From positions 620,001 through 684,000 of the forward strand of contig JBLDXI010000038.1 of NCBI GenBank assembly GCA_047495785.1: a stretch of 64,000 nt of DNA, written 5' to 3'. The notes beneath the pieces are model-generated. The model searched no databases, was not told where the DNA came from, and was given only the letters and a program-made list of their open reading frames with translations. The translations under genes and the position numbers were made by a program. The first letter of the stretch is position 1. Every line of letters starts with the position of its first letter. Source of the stretch: Lepidodermella squamata. Its lineage: Eukaryota > Animalia > Gastrotricha. Positions 1-13,204 of the stretch are shown in pieces.

Positions 1-235
1 AAATGGAGAATTATTGTCATGAAGGTTTGAAGGATGCGCTACCGGGGAAAACTAAGTTTCCAACCCTCTGAACTTATCGAATCGGAATTGTTAATTGTTA
101 CATAATATAATACGGAACCGATGATGTTCGCTTTTATAACTCATTTCCGAAGTTCATAAATCAAATCAGATCGAATCAAGGGTTATTCATCAGAATAATT
201 TTAGAATCTGATTTGGGTAATTGAACTTCAAAAAT

Positions 236-395
236 AATTCCTGGTTTTTGGGAAAATTGTCGGTAGTGCTAAAATCCTTAATTTAGGTCTCTGTATAGGT
301 CTATAGCCATGTAAAAGAGCCCCACTAAAACAGATAGTCCAACCCTAAATTAAGGATTTTAGCACTACCAAAAATTTTCCCAACGATCAGGAATT
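236..395. repeat. Inverted repeat pair (~52-bp arms), MITE-like
   Basis: 236-287 AATTCCTGGTTTTTGGGAAAATTGTCGGTAGTGCTAAAATCCTTAATTTAGG is the reverse complement of 344-395 with about 6 mismatches. Confidence 0.6.
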
Positions 396-3048
396 CTGTT
401 TTTATGGAGTCCCTTTAACTAAAAGCCAAGTTTCCGTTTTTTAGAACCCAAATGGCCTTTGGTACCTGGAAACCGCCTTCGCTTAAGGCCCTCTTAGCTT
501 TTGATTATCAGAAATCAATAATAATCTCTGATTTGTGAAATCGATAATCGACCGGTATCGACTTCGAAATCGATACCATGGCTCATCAGGGGTACGACTA
601 TTTCGCAAAAATGGGGTAGTTTGACACTTACCTCGATGCAAGACCATCACCGGTTTTGCTTATCTCGTTGAACCAGGCTGCCATTCATCGAAAGCCTCTT
701 GCAGACTACTCTGATTAGCCTGCTTGAAAGCTGCAAACTGCATGTCTTCATCCATAAAAAATAAGCCTGTATACCTATTTCTGAATTGTAACAATTAAAT
801 TAGATGCCGCGATTATTTTTAATTTTTTGAGGAATATCGTATCAGTTTGAAGAGCGATTTCACTTTTCCCCAGAGTAGTAGAGTAGCTAACGAGTATGAG
901 TAATTGAGAGGAAACGATGTTCAAATTATCACTTATTATTGAAATTGATTATTGATTATTAATTATTGAAACTATTGGCATTCGAGGCTTGATGAATGAT
1001 GATGAACGACTGGCTCGATGGAATGCTCGATAGATGCTTGATAGAATGCTATATTCTGAATTCAGTTGCGGCCTTTCCGAATATTTCTTCAGACGACGAC
1101 CGATGCTATTAGCGCCAAATAGCAGCGCAGCTTAAGAGGTATTAACTACGAGCTGCTCAGGGTGCAGGCACGCGCGATGTTTGTTTTGCTAGAGAGCTTG
1201 AGAATTCGAAATTTTAATAGATCAGCAGCGCGGAACAAAATAAATTCGCAGCATGCACATGAAATTCGCTACCCGCAGTGAGAACTTTATGATGTTGAGC
1301 ATGTAAAAAAATTTGTTGAAAAATCAAAGCGCCAACTATGAAACAAGAAACTGATAATACTAAATTTACGCGAAAGCGGGGTCATTAATCTTGTGCAAAT
1401 AAACGCAGTAAGTGCGCGAGGAGGGCCGCGCGGTGACCCTATTACGCCTAAATAAACAAGCCAATCCTTAAGTATGTACCGAAATGTGACGGAGAAAATT
1501 TCCGACTCAGAATTCGTCGACTATGAGGCCGAGAAAGAACTGATGGCGGTTTTAGAAATCAGCATTGATCAAAGTCGAGTGATTTCGTTATCCGAGGCGG
1601 CTGAATTGTTGCCAGATTCAGAAATAGATCAGCTGGAAGCGGATTCTGATGAATCTTATGACGAAGTGAATGACTATTCGTTCGATGGAACTCTCGCTGA
1701 AAGCACGCCGTCAGGAAGGCATTTCGTTGATTTGACAGTCAAAATCAAAGCAGCCCAGGCAGCAATTTTCGAGAAATTGCCCGCTGATAAGCTTGTTCGG
1801 ACGAAATTTATCGCCCACAGTGTGTTAAAGCACTAAAAAATCGACGAATGCCTGTCATACTTCTGTGGTCGGGAATAATGCTCGCAGGGTTCCATAAGTA
1901 CCGGTATTATCATTTGAAACAACCGGTAGTACCGATAACTACCAATAGAAACCGGGTATGAACCGATCCTATGGTCAGATATGGCAATTTATTGTTAGAG
2001 CTTAATCTCCGAACAGCTTTGCTTTGGCAACTTTGATTTGCAGTCGCCTAATCACATTTTCGATCTCAAATTCGAATTCTGCACAAAAAACTACCTTGGG
2101 GATGCATTCACCGATTATTCTTGGTTTTTTTAATTAAAGGCGAAAAAATTTCAGTTTTAATTTTAATTTCACATGTATATTTAACGCTAATTGTGAAACG
2201 CCTTTTTTTAAACTGGACTCCTTTTATTTGGTCTGCGGAGGGATGAGGTAATAAACGTTCAGATTCTAGATGGTGCCTTGCCCGAGGTAAACAAGAGGGA
2301 TAACATACTAATATACAAAAGACTATAGTTTTGAAGTTGTGGACCCAAACTTGCAGCTGTAATTTCAAATGCTTGCGAGTTGAAAAGTCATTCCAGCATG
2401 AGAATTAACAGACCTATCGAATTATTTAGCATATTCAGACTCGCTTAGGCAGCTTGTTAGTTTTCTTAGAAATTACGTTAGGATGAGAGAAATGCGAGCC
2501 AGGGGCCGGCTTAGCACAGCGTGAGCACCAGCTAGTGTAAACAACGCTCTCATTTAACTGCTTTCATGCTCGATTCTTGACGCAATTTCTTAAACTACCT
2601 TTCCCAACTGTTTGCTGTACTTCTGAGAAATAGCTAGAGATCCAAACTTCAGTAGAATCACTAATTGAAAATCGATCAAAATAAGCAGGCTCAATTGAAT
2701 CGTAATATCTGGTTATCTAATAATTGTAATCAAATTCTAATATTTTCTAAAATTTTCATAAAAAATTTCAAAATAATTTGAAAAAATTTTGAAATAATTT
2801 ATTGATTTTCTTTGGTGAAAATTCTAGATAATTAAGAATTACATAAAATGCTTGAAATACTCTATATCTGGCAAATTGCATTGCAATGCCGAAGTGAACA
2901 ATTGAAAGAAATGGGAAATCTAATGCAGCGAAAATTTAATAAAAACCTCGTAAATGACTGGTTTTTATACAACGAAAAATAAACACCGAATAGATACCAG
3001 TTGTAACCGGTATGGTTTAAACCGAAAATAAACACTAGTGAACCCTGA

Positions 3049-5155
3049 ATGCTCGGCATGAATTATAAGATAGATGGCACACCAAAATGCACCGTGCCCG
3101 TGAGAACGAAGCTGCAGCCCCAGGGCGCGACAAGAATTAGTAATTCGGCCAAAGAGTCCGAATTTCGTCATTTCAAAATCGACGTGCTCGACGGAAAGCG
3201 TTTTGCTCTAGGGCCGTTTATTGAACGCCTCAAGCAGTACTTGATCGACACCGTAGGTGCAGTTTTGGCCGATCTCAAGTTCCCTTTGCTGGCGAAGGCA
3301 GGTCGAAAACGTGCCAATCCTGTCAAGTTATCGGAGCCGAAACAATCAAAGCCAGCAGTGAAATCTAGCAGGAAGTTAGCCGATCAAACGGAATCGGAAA
3401 AAACCGTTGATATCGCCGCTGCAACAGCTGAATGGTCCAGGCGTTGTGATCCGAATTCGGCCTACCACTACCAATCCATGAGCCTTTCTAACGCCAAGGC
3501 GGGTAGCAAAGCGGCTGCTTGCGAGCCGAACTCCGATATTGTGCGCCAACTCAACGAGCAAATTAGGCGGGTGAACGCAGAGCAGTTTAATCAACGCAAT
3601 CATGTTCATCAGGCTGCTGAATCTGATATCAACAAAACAGAGGCGAGTTTAGTTATGCAGCCACCTGTCATCTGCCTACCGAATACCTGCGAAACTGAAA
3701 AATTTTCACACAGTTGGTAATTTATGTGCGCTGGACGCAATTATCACTGCGCTTATGCATAACCGAAACGACGTGCCATCGATCGACTTCAAACAGCTGC
3801 TCCAGTTATTAGCGGCAACAACAATTGAAACGACTTGCCAAGAAGCACGAATGGCCTTCCTGTGAAACAACAGCGGCATGCAGAGCATAATGAAATTCGT
3901 GAAACGAAGCGGCAAACACCGAGCCATATTGCGGGTGCGTTATTCAACGTCATTATGGAGCAAGCAGGATTGAAACGTCAGGAAACCTGCAGCAGCAATT
4001 GCTGTCCCTTGCCAACAGCCTCCTCGAGACAACTGCTGAAAGTTGATCCACCAGCAGATTTGAAATTGTAAATAACTTCCAAGTTTCAACTACTTGTGAG
4101 CTAACAATTTTATCTATCAAAATAGAAAATTCAGAGAAAATCAACAAAATCCAGACAAGAAATCGAACAATAATGCCCTGCTAACCGATTCACTGGCTGC
4201 AATAACCCAGCGTTGTTCACGACCGTTCCCCGGTAAAAGCTACACAGATGTCACCGATTCTGGATGCCCTCGGGGCCTTTGCTATGTTATGGCCGCACAA
4301 GCCGGAAAAATAATGTGAGTTAATTAGCAACAAAAACAACATGATCAACAACCAAGTTGAACAGGCAAGTTTATTGTAATGGACAAAGAACCGTGGCACC
4401 ATCAAAGGCCTTGCCATTCATCTACGTGGATGTTCAAGAATGCGATCCTATTTTTGTTGCTTCTGAAATCTTCATGTTTCCCGAAAACCTGCAATATGAC
4501 GATAAAATGTGAGGATTTCCCATTAATAACCTGAATTCCGATAACCTGTTTACATGGTGTAATAGATATCAACGTCACTCCGCGATACTGCTTAACGGCA
4601 GCCATTACGTGACAATCACCGCTTTCGCCTTGACTGAAACATCTGTGGGCCTCATCGATGACACGGCTGCGCAAAAATGTAAGATGGCAAATTTATTATG
4701 GTTAACAAATATTAATAACTTACATTCATTCAGCTTTGATTTCATGGCAACAAAGCTCTATCGGGAGATTGCAGAATGAACGGCATCAAATCGCCGGCGT
4801 AATCTACTGTTGCCCGCGATCCATCAGTATAGCAGCATCAACGATTACTGTAGCTGAAAATATTTCTCCCTTTGTCACTGAATGTTCATCGCCAAAAGAA
4901 TCGCCTATTTTGAGAAAAAAGCGCCCAACTTGTAAAATAAATGTCAATTCAATTTTGATTTCGCCGCCATCTCCAAATATAACTGATTCAGATGAAGATG
5001 GATGCGTTGTATGCTTGAAAGTGACAGATTGCAAGAATGGTTGGTGGGTGGAGTGTTCCACGTGGCACTTGTGGACTCATGGAAATTGCTCAGGGTTAAG
5101 AAAAAAACCTACTAAAAAAGAAGAATATTTGTGTCACTTGTGTTCGGCAAAGTGA
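3049..5155 (+). pseudogene. Decayed gene for a USP-like (papain-fold) peptidase with C-terminal PHD finger, probably transposon-borne
   Basis: Cys-box-like VGNLCALDAIITAL near 3713 (frameshifted from ORF 3049-3720); His-box-like AILLNGSHYVT...LIDD at 4561-4662; GT-AG intron 4679-4733 joins in frame to ORF 4736-5155, which ends CVVC..WVECSTWHLWTHGNC..YLCHLC (PHD-like); stops and frameshifts in between. Confidence 0.5.
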
Positions 5156-5639
5156 GCCGATGAAAAGATTGTTGCGTTTAATTGATCGACTTTATGTAAA
5201 ATCAGCTAAGGAGATTTTATATAGTGACTTTAATCTTCGCCACACGCGTCTAACTATTTCTGTCAATTCCGTTCAATAAAATACGCTCAGACTTTTTGAA
5301 TGTTCAACGTTTTCAACAAGTTGATGTTTTAAAATTTATAAATGGGGTTCTAGCCGAAGACTATCGACTTACCATGTACGGTTAATTTTCCTGCAAGATT
5401 CAATTTAATAAAATAAGATTGAGAGAAATATTCACCATTCCCGAAAACGTTCTCAGAAGAACTTACCCAGTCCCTATAATTCAGAAACGGTGTTTTGATA
5501 GCTCTAAATGTATGTATGATTTGCTGAGGTAAGGTGCTGAGTTGCCGCTCTCGCGCTAATGTATTCGTTGTCATATTCTGGTTTCGATAGCACTGACAGC
5601 CGTCAGAGCTGCCAATTGATAGGATGAGTATTTGTTGAC

Positions 5640-6050
5640 TACTCTTTTGATGAGGAGATGAGGACAGTCAACATTTCTCTGCATGGCAGGAGAGGCCGCG
5701 AGTTCCATCACTCAAATGCTCGATGTTTGCGGCAGCTTTACAGCCATCAGTCAGTTCCTTAATTTTCTTCAATTCTTTTGTCAGGGCGCTCTACCGATAT
5801 GTTTCGACAATCACGGCTGTACAGAGTCGTTCCTCGCTCATTGTACGGCGAAATGCCTGGGGTTTCGCAGCGCGTTCTTGAAGTACCGCAACCTCATATT
5901 CAGAACATTCGTCGTTTCTGGATAACGAGTATCCACCAACTTTCTTAGCTGCAATCGATGATGGGCACCAAGGCGATCTGCGATTTTGGAGGCCCACGTG
6001 CTGCAGTTATACATTGCCACTTAGTGGCAGTGACAGTGACAGTGACAGTT
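5640..6050 (-). mobile_element. Non-LTR retrotransposon (RTE-like) ORF2 C-terminal fragment
   Basis: MYNCSTW...RL..HHRLQLRKLV..RYPETTN...RLRYF resembles the LLYGxETW/RxLRxI/RRLRWFGH tail of RTE-type RTs; boundaries approximate. Confidence 0.45.
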
Positions 6051-7630
6051 AGACATTGTTTAAAGAAGTATAGACAGGACGTGAGCACTACAAAGTCTGG
6101 CTTTTTCTGCGGGCACCGAGATATCACCGAGCAGACAGAAAAAGTTCATTTTCGTTTCTCAATTCAGTAACACTAATGAAGAGACAAGTAGAGCTAGCCC
6201 TAGTAGAGTAGGTTCTACTCTCAGATGCAACCCTAATTTTGGATAGAAAATGCGAATTCAAAAGCTTAGTGTCAACGGGTAACAAACCTAAACAGGTATC
6301 TACTCTAGCAGTAAACGCCTTCTACTCCGGGAGTAGGTTAATTTCGGAGTAGGCTACTCTCACAGTAGAAGGCGAGTAGAAGCTCTCGGATCACGAAATA
6401 CCATTCAGCCTAGTAACCGACGTCATTGCTTGACTTTGTCACACGCTCAGCTCGCCGCAATGCCAGTGTCGGCTTCACACACGTCAGGATCAGGATCAGG
6501 AATTACGATTTCTCCTCGCCCTGACGGAAATCGCGAGAAAATCGCGAGCTTACGCTCTAGGAAAGTTTGAACTGGTTTATTAACTACTTAATTGAAATCC
6601 CTACCCCTGGTACTCCAGTTATTGCTGACTGTTTCTCCAGGGCCCAGGCATTAGTGCCCAGGTGGCTTTTCCACTCACTCAGCGAAGCCTACAAACGCCG
6701 TCGTAGCAAGAAAGCTACCAAAAGACTAGTTTGGAGAATTATTTACAAGAGTAGAGAGAATTTACAAGAGGTAATTCCACGGAGCCAAAATATAAGATAA
6801 ATATAAGACACGTGACCCAACTCCGGGGCAAATGCGATTTCTGTTGCTACTCAATTTATTATTTATCAATTTATATTTCGTTAACTTTTATAATTTTAGC
6901 ACCATCACCTTTAAATATTTTTGTCAAAACCAGATAACCAGATAATTTCTCAGACTTTGTCAAAAGCTGATTCCTTGTGAATCAGCATATATCAAGCAGC
7001 AGCACAGAAAAGTCTGGAGTAGCACGGCGCACACTTCACACCCGCGGTGCGAGCTAGGAGCTAAAAATGATGCGGTCATTATTTGTCTTTTTACGTACAT
7101 GGTGCATTGTGTTTTTAGTTTTGTGGTCATAGTTATACGTGATGCACCGGGTTTTTCAGTTCTCACTTCTCATATTACTGTGGTTGCGATGGCACCTACA
7201 GCTTCAGATCATCACGGCTCATTTTTCATGAGGATCGTTCCTCGTTCTCCATCCTCATTTATTTGTTTCCATACCGAACTGTCTCGCTGTCTCTTTGTTT
7301 TAAAACTTAGACCCTACCTCCCTTTTTCCTATCTCCTGTAAAACTTGATCCTCGATCGGAAGGTATGGCACGTTCTCTCATATCTTCAGGAAATCTTTGT
7401 AGAGCGGTTTTGATAAGCGTATCGTAATTTTCTTGCTCAACCGACTCCCGCAAATAATAATGTCTCTTTGCCTGGAAATTTATCCCTTGAACGCTCCTTT
7501 CATTTGATGAAGCATTAAGCCGCGAGGGAAACCGAATACGAACAGGATCTTGCTATTTTCTCATTTTTTGTCAACTAAACTAAGCAATAATTTGTGTATT
7601 GATATTTGATAGTAACAAATTTAAAGTAGA

Positions 7631-9441
7631 ATGGGTATATCGACGTTTATATTTACAATTCTGGCTGTTACTGGTTTCGCAAAAGCGGAGCTCTTTACAT
7701 CGACAGAAGAGTTCCGAGTTGTTCTGGAGGCTCAAAAACACATAGCTCACGAGTTGAAGCAGTACATTGCGACCGAGGAATCGCGTTTGGATAAAATTAA
7801 AAAGCTGGCAGCTGATTACGAGCGTGACAGCAAGCAAAGCGAAGACGATGTCATCAGATTCATTTCGAATCCAGTAAATGCCTATCTTGTCGCAAAACGT
7901 TTTCAACAGGAACGCGTCGATTTCCAAGACCTTATTCCTAATACCGAATTTGCTCTAGGTGAGTTTATAATATTCAGTTAATGGCCATTGTGACATTATT
8001 TTCATAGGTGCCCTTGAAAGACTCGAGCCTCATCGCAAAATGCTACCCACGGAAGAGGATTACGAAGGCTCCATTAATGCTTTAATGCGTCTCCAGGATA
8101 CTTATGCTCTTCCACCCGCGACATTTGCCAATGGCATCATTCCGGAGGCTGATAATACCAGCAGACTCACTGCTGCCGATTGCTTTGAAATTGGTCGTGT
8201 TTCTTACAACAATCGCGACTATTATCATACTGTCATGTGGATGCAAGAGGCATATGATCGTCTTCGTCTAGAGCCTGGCTCATCTGGCCTGGAGAAGTCA
8301 GTTATCCTAGATTATCTATCCTATGCAGTCTATATGCAAGGAAACATCAAGCACGCCTTGCAGCTTACCGAAGAGCTTCTCCGGTTAAAGCCAACTCACG
8401 AACGGGGTCTCAAGAACAAAGCTTATTTCGAGTACACCATGAAAAAGCGAGAGCTAGCGAAACCTTCCCGCGGCGATACAGGCGAATCTATGATGGAAGA
8501 AGAAGAAGAGGTTATGAAAAACGAACGGACCATCGAAGAATACAAGAAAACTGAAGAGTATCAGTCATATGAACGATTATGCCGTGGCGAAGATATCAAA
8601 CCTATCAAAAACGCTCACAAATTATACTGCGACTACGCGACCAACAACGACCCTCGCTTGTTGATTGCCCCGTTGAAACGAGAAGTTTACCACATGGATC
8701 CATGGATTATGATTTATTACAACATGATTACCGACAAAGAGATTCAGTTTGTAAAAGAAACCGCGTTTCCACGCTTGAACCGGGCGACTATTCAAAATTC
8801 GGCGACTGGAAAGCTTGAAGTAGCGAACTACCGCATCACCAAAACAGCCTGGCTTTCAAACGATACAGATAAAGTTGTCATTCCTCGGTTGTTGAATCGA
8901 ATTTCTGCCATGACTCAACTCACGCTCGAATACGCTGAAGAATTTCAAGTTGCGAATTACGGTATCGGCGGTCACTATGAACCTCATTTTGACTTCGCGC
9001 GTCGTGAAGAGAAAAACGCGTTCGAAGCCGAGCGAGGTAATCGCATAGCTACTGCTCTTTTCTATGTAAGTTCGGCTTAATTAATGACATAAATGTTATT
9101 CATAAGAGCTTAATTTCTAGTTGACTGACATTCCTGCTGGTGGCACTACAGTGTTCACGAATTTGGGTTTGAAACTTAAGCCGGTCAAAGGTGCTGCTGC
9201 TCTTTGGTACAACCTGAACAAGGCTGGCGAAGGCGACCTGTCGCTAAGGCATGCCGCCTGCCCTGTTCTCGTCGGGAACAAGTGGGTAATGAACAAATGG
9301 TATCACGAACGCGGCAACGAATTGTGGCATCCTTGCGGTTTGAGCCCGGAAGATCGGTTCACACAGGACGACATTCAAGTCGCCAAACCGACATACCAAA
9401 GAACTCACGGCCGTTTCAAGTTCGATTCATTGAAGCAATGA
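7631..9441 (+). CDS. P4HA: Prolyl 4-hydroxylase alpha subunit (copy 1, intact; exons 7631-7958, 8008-9065, 9121-9441)
   Basis: Signal peptide, ELFTS N-terminus, ALMRLQDTY, TPR-like region, catalytic YGIGGHYEPHFD (HxD), GNRIATALFY, HAACPVLVGNKW; two GT-AG introns join the ORFs in frame. Confidence 0.95.
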
Positions 9442-10332
9442 GAGCCAAAATTCAGCGAATTACTTCTGTGACTGTTGCTAGCCTTACTAAGAGTTGTTTT
9501 ACATTTTTTCAATGAACGTTGGATCTTTATTCCGATCTGCGATGTAACTTCTCGGTTAGTGCTGTATAGTTCCTAATCGTGTGTTTGTGTCAACAGGAGA
9601 TATTGCCTCACAAGATCCAAATTTAACCCTCATTTCGATTGCCTGCTTCTACCTTCCCTGATGAGATAATATGTTTTTATGTTTTTTACAACTGCTAATC
9701 ATCGTCATAAGATATATGCATTTTTTACCGCTCAATCAGTGTACATAAACGTGGCAATTTTCCCTCAAGGTACTTTGAACTATAGCGAATCTAATCCGCC
9801 GCTCAAAACAACAGGATTTTCTTTTTTTTTACCAAAACGAGGAAAAACCCATTATTACCTGGCTTTCTCCGTCAGTTCTCGCTCCATCTCATTTGGGAAC
9901 GCATTGTGTTATTATTATTATTTCATTATTTGACTAATTTATTTCCATGGCCGTTGTTTTAGTGTGGTTTTTGTTGAAACCTGAATGCGATATCGTCATC
10001 ACTTCTGTTTTTCAGTTTACGGTATCATTGCGGTATCTTTTGACGCTGCTGTCTTAAAGAATCTGAACTATCATATTTATTCTTTTGAAGCCGTGTGACA
10101 CTGATTCGATGTTGAGGAATTCGCATGCCAATCGCAATATTGTTGTTATCATTAGAGAATGCAGTTTTATCACAGAGTATTCCTGAATACGACTTCTTTT
10201 GCCTGTAAGGGTTGATCCATTTGCCATACAGATCGCGTAAATACAGCTTCGGAAATTGAATAAAAAAGTGTTCAAATTTACTGAGAAACATGTTTTCATT
10301 TCCTAATTTCTAGTTGATATATTTCGGGTAAA

Positions 10333-10731
10333 ATGATTCGTCAAATGAGCTTGCGGTTGTTGCAGCAGCAACAGCAACAACATCTGGTGCAAACCCAGGT
10401 CCGGTTCAAGCCTTTCTTCAAGTTGCCGCCCGGTTCGCATTGGGGCATGAAAAAGCGTGGCGGCGATAAGGTGGAACGCGGCGATTTACTGATCAATCAA
10501 CAAAGTTTGCGGTTTTATCCGGGTGAAAATGTGAAACTCGACCAGGCGACGTGCTCGCATTACGCTCTCGAAGCTGGTCAAGTCGTGATTTCAGTGGAGA
10601 AGCTATCGCCTCGGCTCGACTCCCCGATATACGAATCGGTTGCGAATAAAGGAGCGACTATATACAAAGAGTTCTTCAACGTTGTTTCAAAACCTCAGCC
10701 TCAGCAATTCAAGCTCAAAGAATTCGTGTGA
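10333..10731 (+). CDS. MRPL27: Mitochondrial ribosomal protein bL27m
   Basis: Arg-rich transit-like N-terminus; WGMKKRGGDKVERGDLLINQQSLRFYPGENV...HYALEAGQV matches the L27 core; AATAAA downstream. Confidence 0.8.
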   Translation: MIRQMSLRLLQQQQQQHLVQTQVRFKPFFKLPPGSHWGMKKRGGDKVERGDLLINQQSLRFYPGENVKLDQATCSHYALEAGQVVISVEKLSPRLDSPIYESVANKGATIYKEFFNVVSKPQPQQFKLKEFV

Positions 10732-12065
10732 AACTGCTTAGCTTTTTGTTTTGCGGAAAATAAAAATAAATCTTGATGATAATTCTTGTGTTGTTATTTT
10801 GCTATTGTTGAACTGACAGACGGTGTGCACACGTAAACGGCTATTATATCCATGGAGCCGTCTTATTGTAGACCAGAGGTCAGGCGTGTTTACATGACTA
10901 GGAGCGTAGAGCGAGCGCAGTTTGTTCTAGAAACGTCGAAATAGACGGCGGTTTTATTCTACCGTCATCACATGCATATTATTTATGCAAACACAACAGC
11001 TGCAAGAGGGCTCCTTTTCTCTCGACACGCTGACGGCTGTAGGTGCGCGCTGGCCCAATTAAAAGCGGGTTATTTAGCGGTGTCCGAAACCAGAATACGC
11101 AACGGCGGTGCATAAACAACCGTGCCGCGCGCGACAGATAGAAAATGGCGGAAGCACGTGTAGTAATTTTTGACGATTGTTATCTCAGAAATTTGGAAAT
11201 TCTCAACTAGTGAAATAAATTATCAGGTGAAGAGAAAAGACTGATCGATAAACCATGCGGCACCGTTTCGGCACCACTTGCCGTGTTTTCTTGTGTTGTA
11301 CGTACGAGCGCACATTTTTCTTCGTATTCTGCATTTTAGCCGTATTTTGTATGTGCGTCGTAAGTTCTACGGAAAAGTTGTACATACGATGCAGTTTTCT
11401 TCGTGCGCCTAGTATAGATACTAATTGTGGTATTAGTCACAAGAACAACCCGCGCGAAACAATTAGTCACAAAAACACAGCTACTGGTAGCGCAAATGCG
11501 GCGCCGTGGATGAACACCAGCCGTTTCTGCTAATATAATAGCCATCGATGGCCCACATACAACCAGGAGCACCGGCCGTCGATCCGTACTTTGCGCTGGC
11601 GGGGCCTAGCAGTAGCCGGCTAGCTAGCCCGCCGTCGAAATTCGGCTGGTTCAATATTCTCGGATACTGAAGAATTATCTTTGTAACCATCATCATCATC
11701 GGCTTGCCATTAGGATAGCCCATTATTGTATAAGTAGATTTATTACTGGCTATGGTATTATAGGTAGTAATAAAAATAACCGAATTCCATCATTTCAATT
11801 GGTTTTATGGATGAACAATCGAGCTGCGCGCGTGTGCTGCAGCTTGTGAAATTGGGCGACGAGTTACAGCAGTGGTTCTTCTTCCCTGGTTCGCCCAGTG
11901 GCGCACGCAGGACCGCGGCACCCGTAGCATGCGTGCCGTCACCCGTGGCCCAGCGGGAACTCAGGATCTCAGGATCTCAGGAAACAGGAACAACCTGTAC
12001 AAGGGCAGCACAAAAAGAGCGGGCGAGAAAATAGGGCTAAAGTTACATGGAGAAAGGCTGGAAAG

Positions 12066-12419
12066 TCATCGTTGAGGAAGCAGCTGCAACGGATGGGCGA
12101 ACTGGAACGGCGTCGGTGTGCACGGCGGGCGAACAGAGACCGCTTTCAAAATGGACAGCGAACCGGGTGAACCAGCGGTCTTCGTAGGCGGCGAGGTTGG
12201 TGCCGGTCGGGTCAAAAGGCCGAGTGGGCAAGGCGGGCGGCAGCTGTCGAGCAGGTCGCGCAGCTCGGCGATCTGGCTGCGAAGCGCCGAGACTTCCTGA
12301 CCTTGGGCCAAAACCGTGACTTGTAGAGACAGAAACTCGGTGAGGGGCGGCGGCGGTGGTGTATGGTTGGCGGAAGCACCCGGGTCGTCTTGAACGGGCT
12401 GGGGCAGGATCCGCTGCAT
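12066..12419 (-). mobile_element. GC-rich truncated gag/ORF1-like ORF of a retroelement
   Basis: Pro-rich segment plus coiled coil (EVSALRSQIAELRDLL); GC-rich and next to other TE fragments; no diagnostic motif. Confidence 0.25.
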
Positions 12420-12739
12420 ACGAAAGATCCGGGCGGAGCGCCAAGTCGTGGGCGCTGATAGTGCTATCGATCCTCGGCTTCGTCAGCTCGGTGAATTATT
12501 TAGAAGCTGTTTGTTTTATTGTTTTAAAAGAAATAAAAAGCACCGGCCACGGTTGGGCTTTGGGCGCACCACAAATATCATAACTCTTTGGCGATATATG
12601 GAATAACATATAGATAGGCGTCGAGAGGTATACGCGTGCGTCGTTCGAAATATATTACAGACTCACAGTCACACGTGCAGATAATATAATTTATCAGAGC
12701 GATATTTTTGTTACATTTATTATAATCAAAAGGACTCAG

Positions 12740-12975
12740 TCAAAATAATGTAGTTAGGGAAGAAGGATATATATGTAGCTTTAACGTCGTACGGTAACTG
12801 TAGGCGAGGGATAGTATTTTTGAAAGATGGGCAGAGCCGCTGGATTCGCAACGAATTATAGAATTGATTATGTCGCGTTTATCAGGTTTTATTTCGGCGT
12901 TATTAATATTATGTACAGGTGGCAAGTGGTTACATTCTAGATATAGGTGTGTTAGCAATTCGACAGAGTCCGAGA
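12740..12975 (-). mobile_element. LINE ORF2 3' end (distal half of zf-RVT zinc finger), cut by the Mutator insertion
   Basis: SDSVELLTHLYLEC completes the CIFC...E..HL..EC finger begun in the 37482-38120 half; in frame once the insertion and one TSD are removed. Confidence 0.75.
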
Positions 12976-13204
12976 GGACCCACATCTTTTCATCGGAACA
13001 ATAATAACTATCATCGTACTCTTTTCCATTAAACCATCGGAAATACAATTTTTCAGAAAATTTCGCATTAAACCATCGGAATCGAAAACATGCATTATTT
13101 CATCGTAACACACGATTATTTCATCGGAACACGCGATTAATTCAGCGGAAAAGGGGTTCTATAGGTTTATTGGTCATATTTCAAAATTGCTTTATTGATA
13201 ACAA

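Noticed and set aside
628-756. Possible minus-strand first exon (MDEDMQFAAF..., GTAAGT donor)
   Set aside because: In-frame stop before the donor and no recognisable homology.
1474-1836. 120-aa acidic ORF
   Set aside because: No recognisable motif; may belong to the decayed element downstream but cannot be supported.
7305-7550. Open minus-strand frame with KTALQRFPED, faintly like UQCRB
   Set aside because: No suitable start codon and the similarity is too weak.
12976-13048. N-terminus of ORF 12740-13048 (and C-terminus of ORF 37417-38001)
   Set aside because: Read-through into MULE terminal sequence, not part of the LINE protein.
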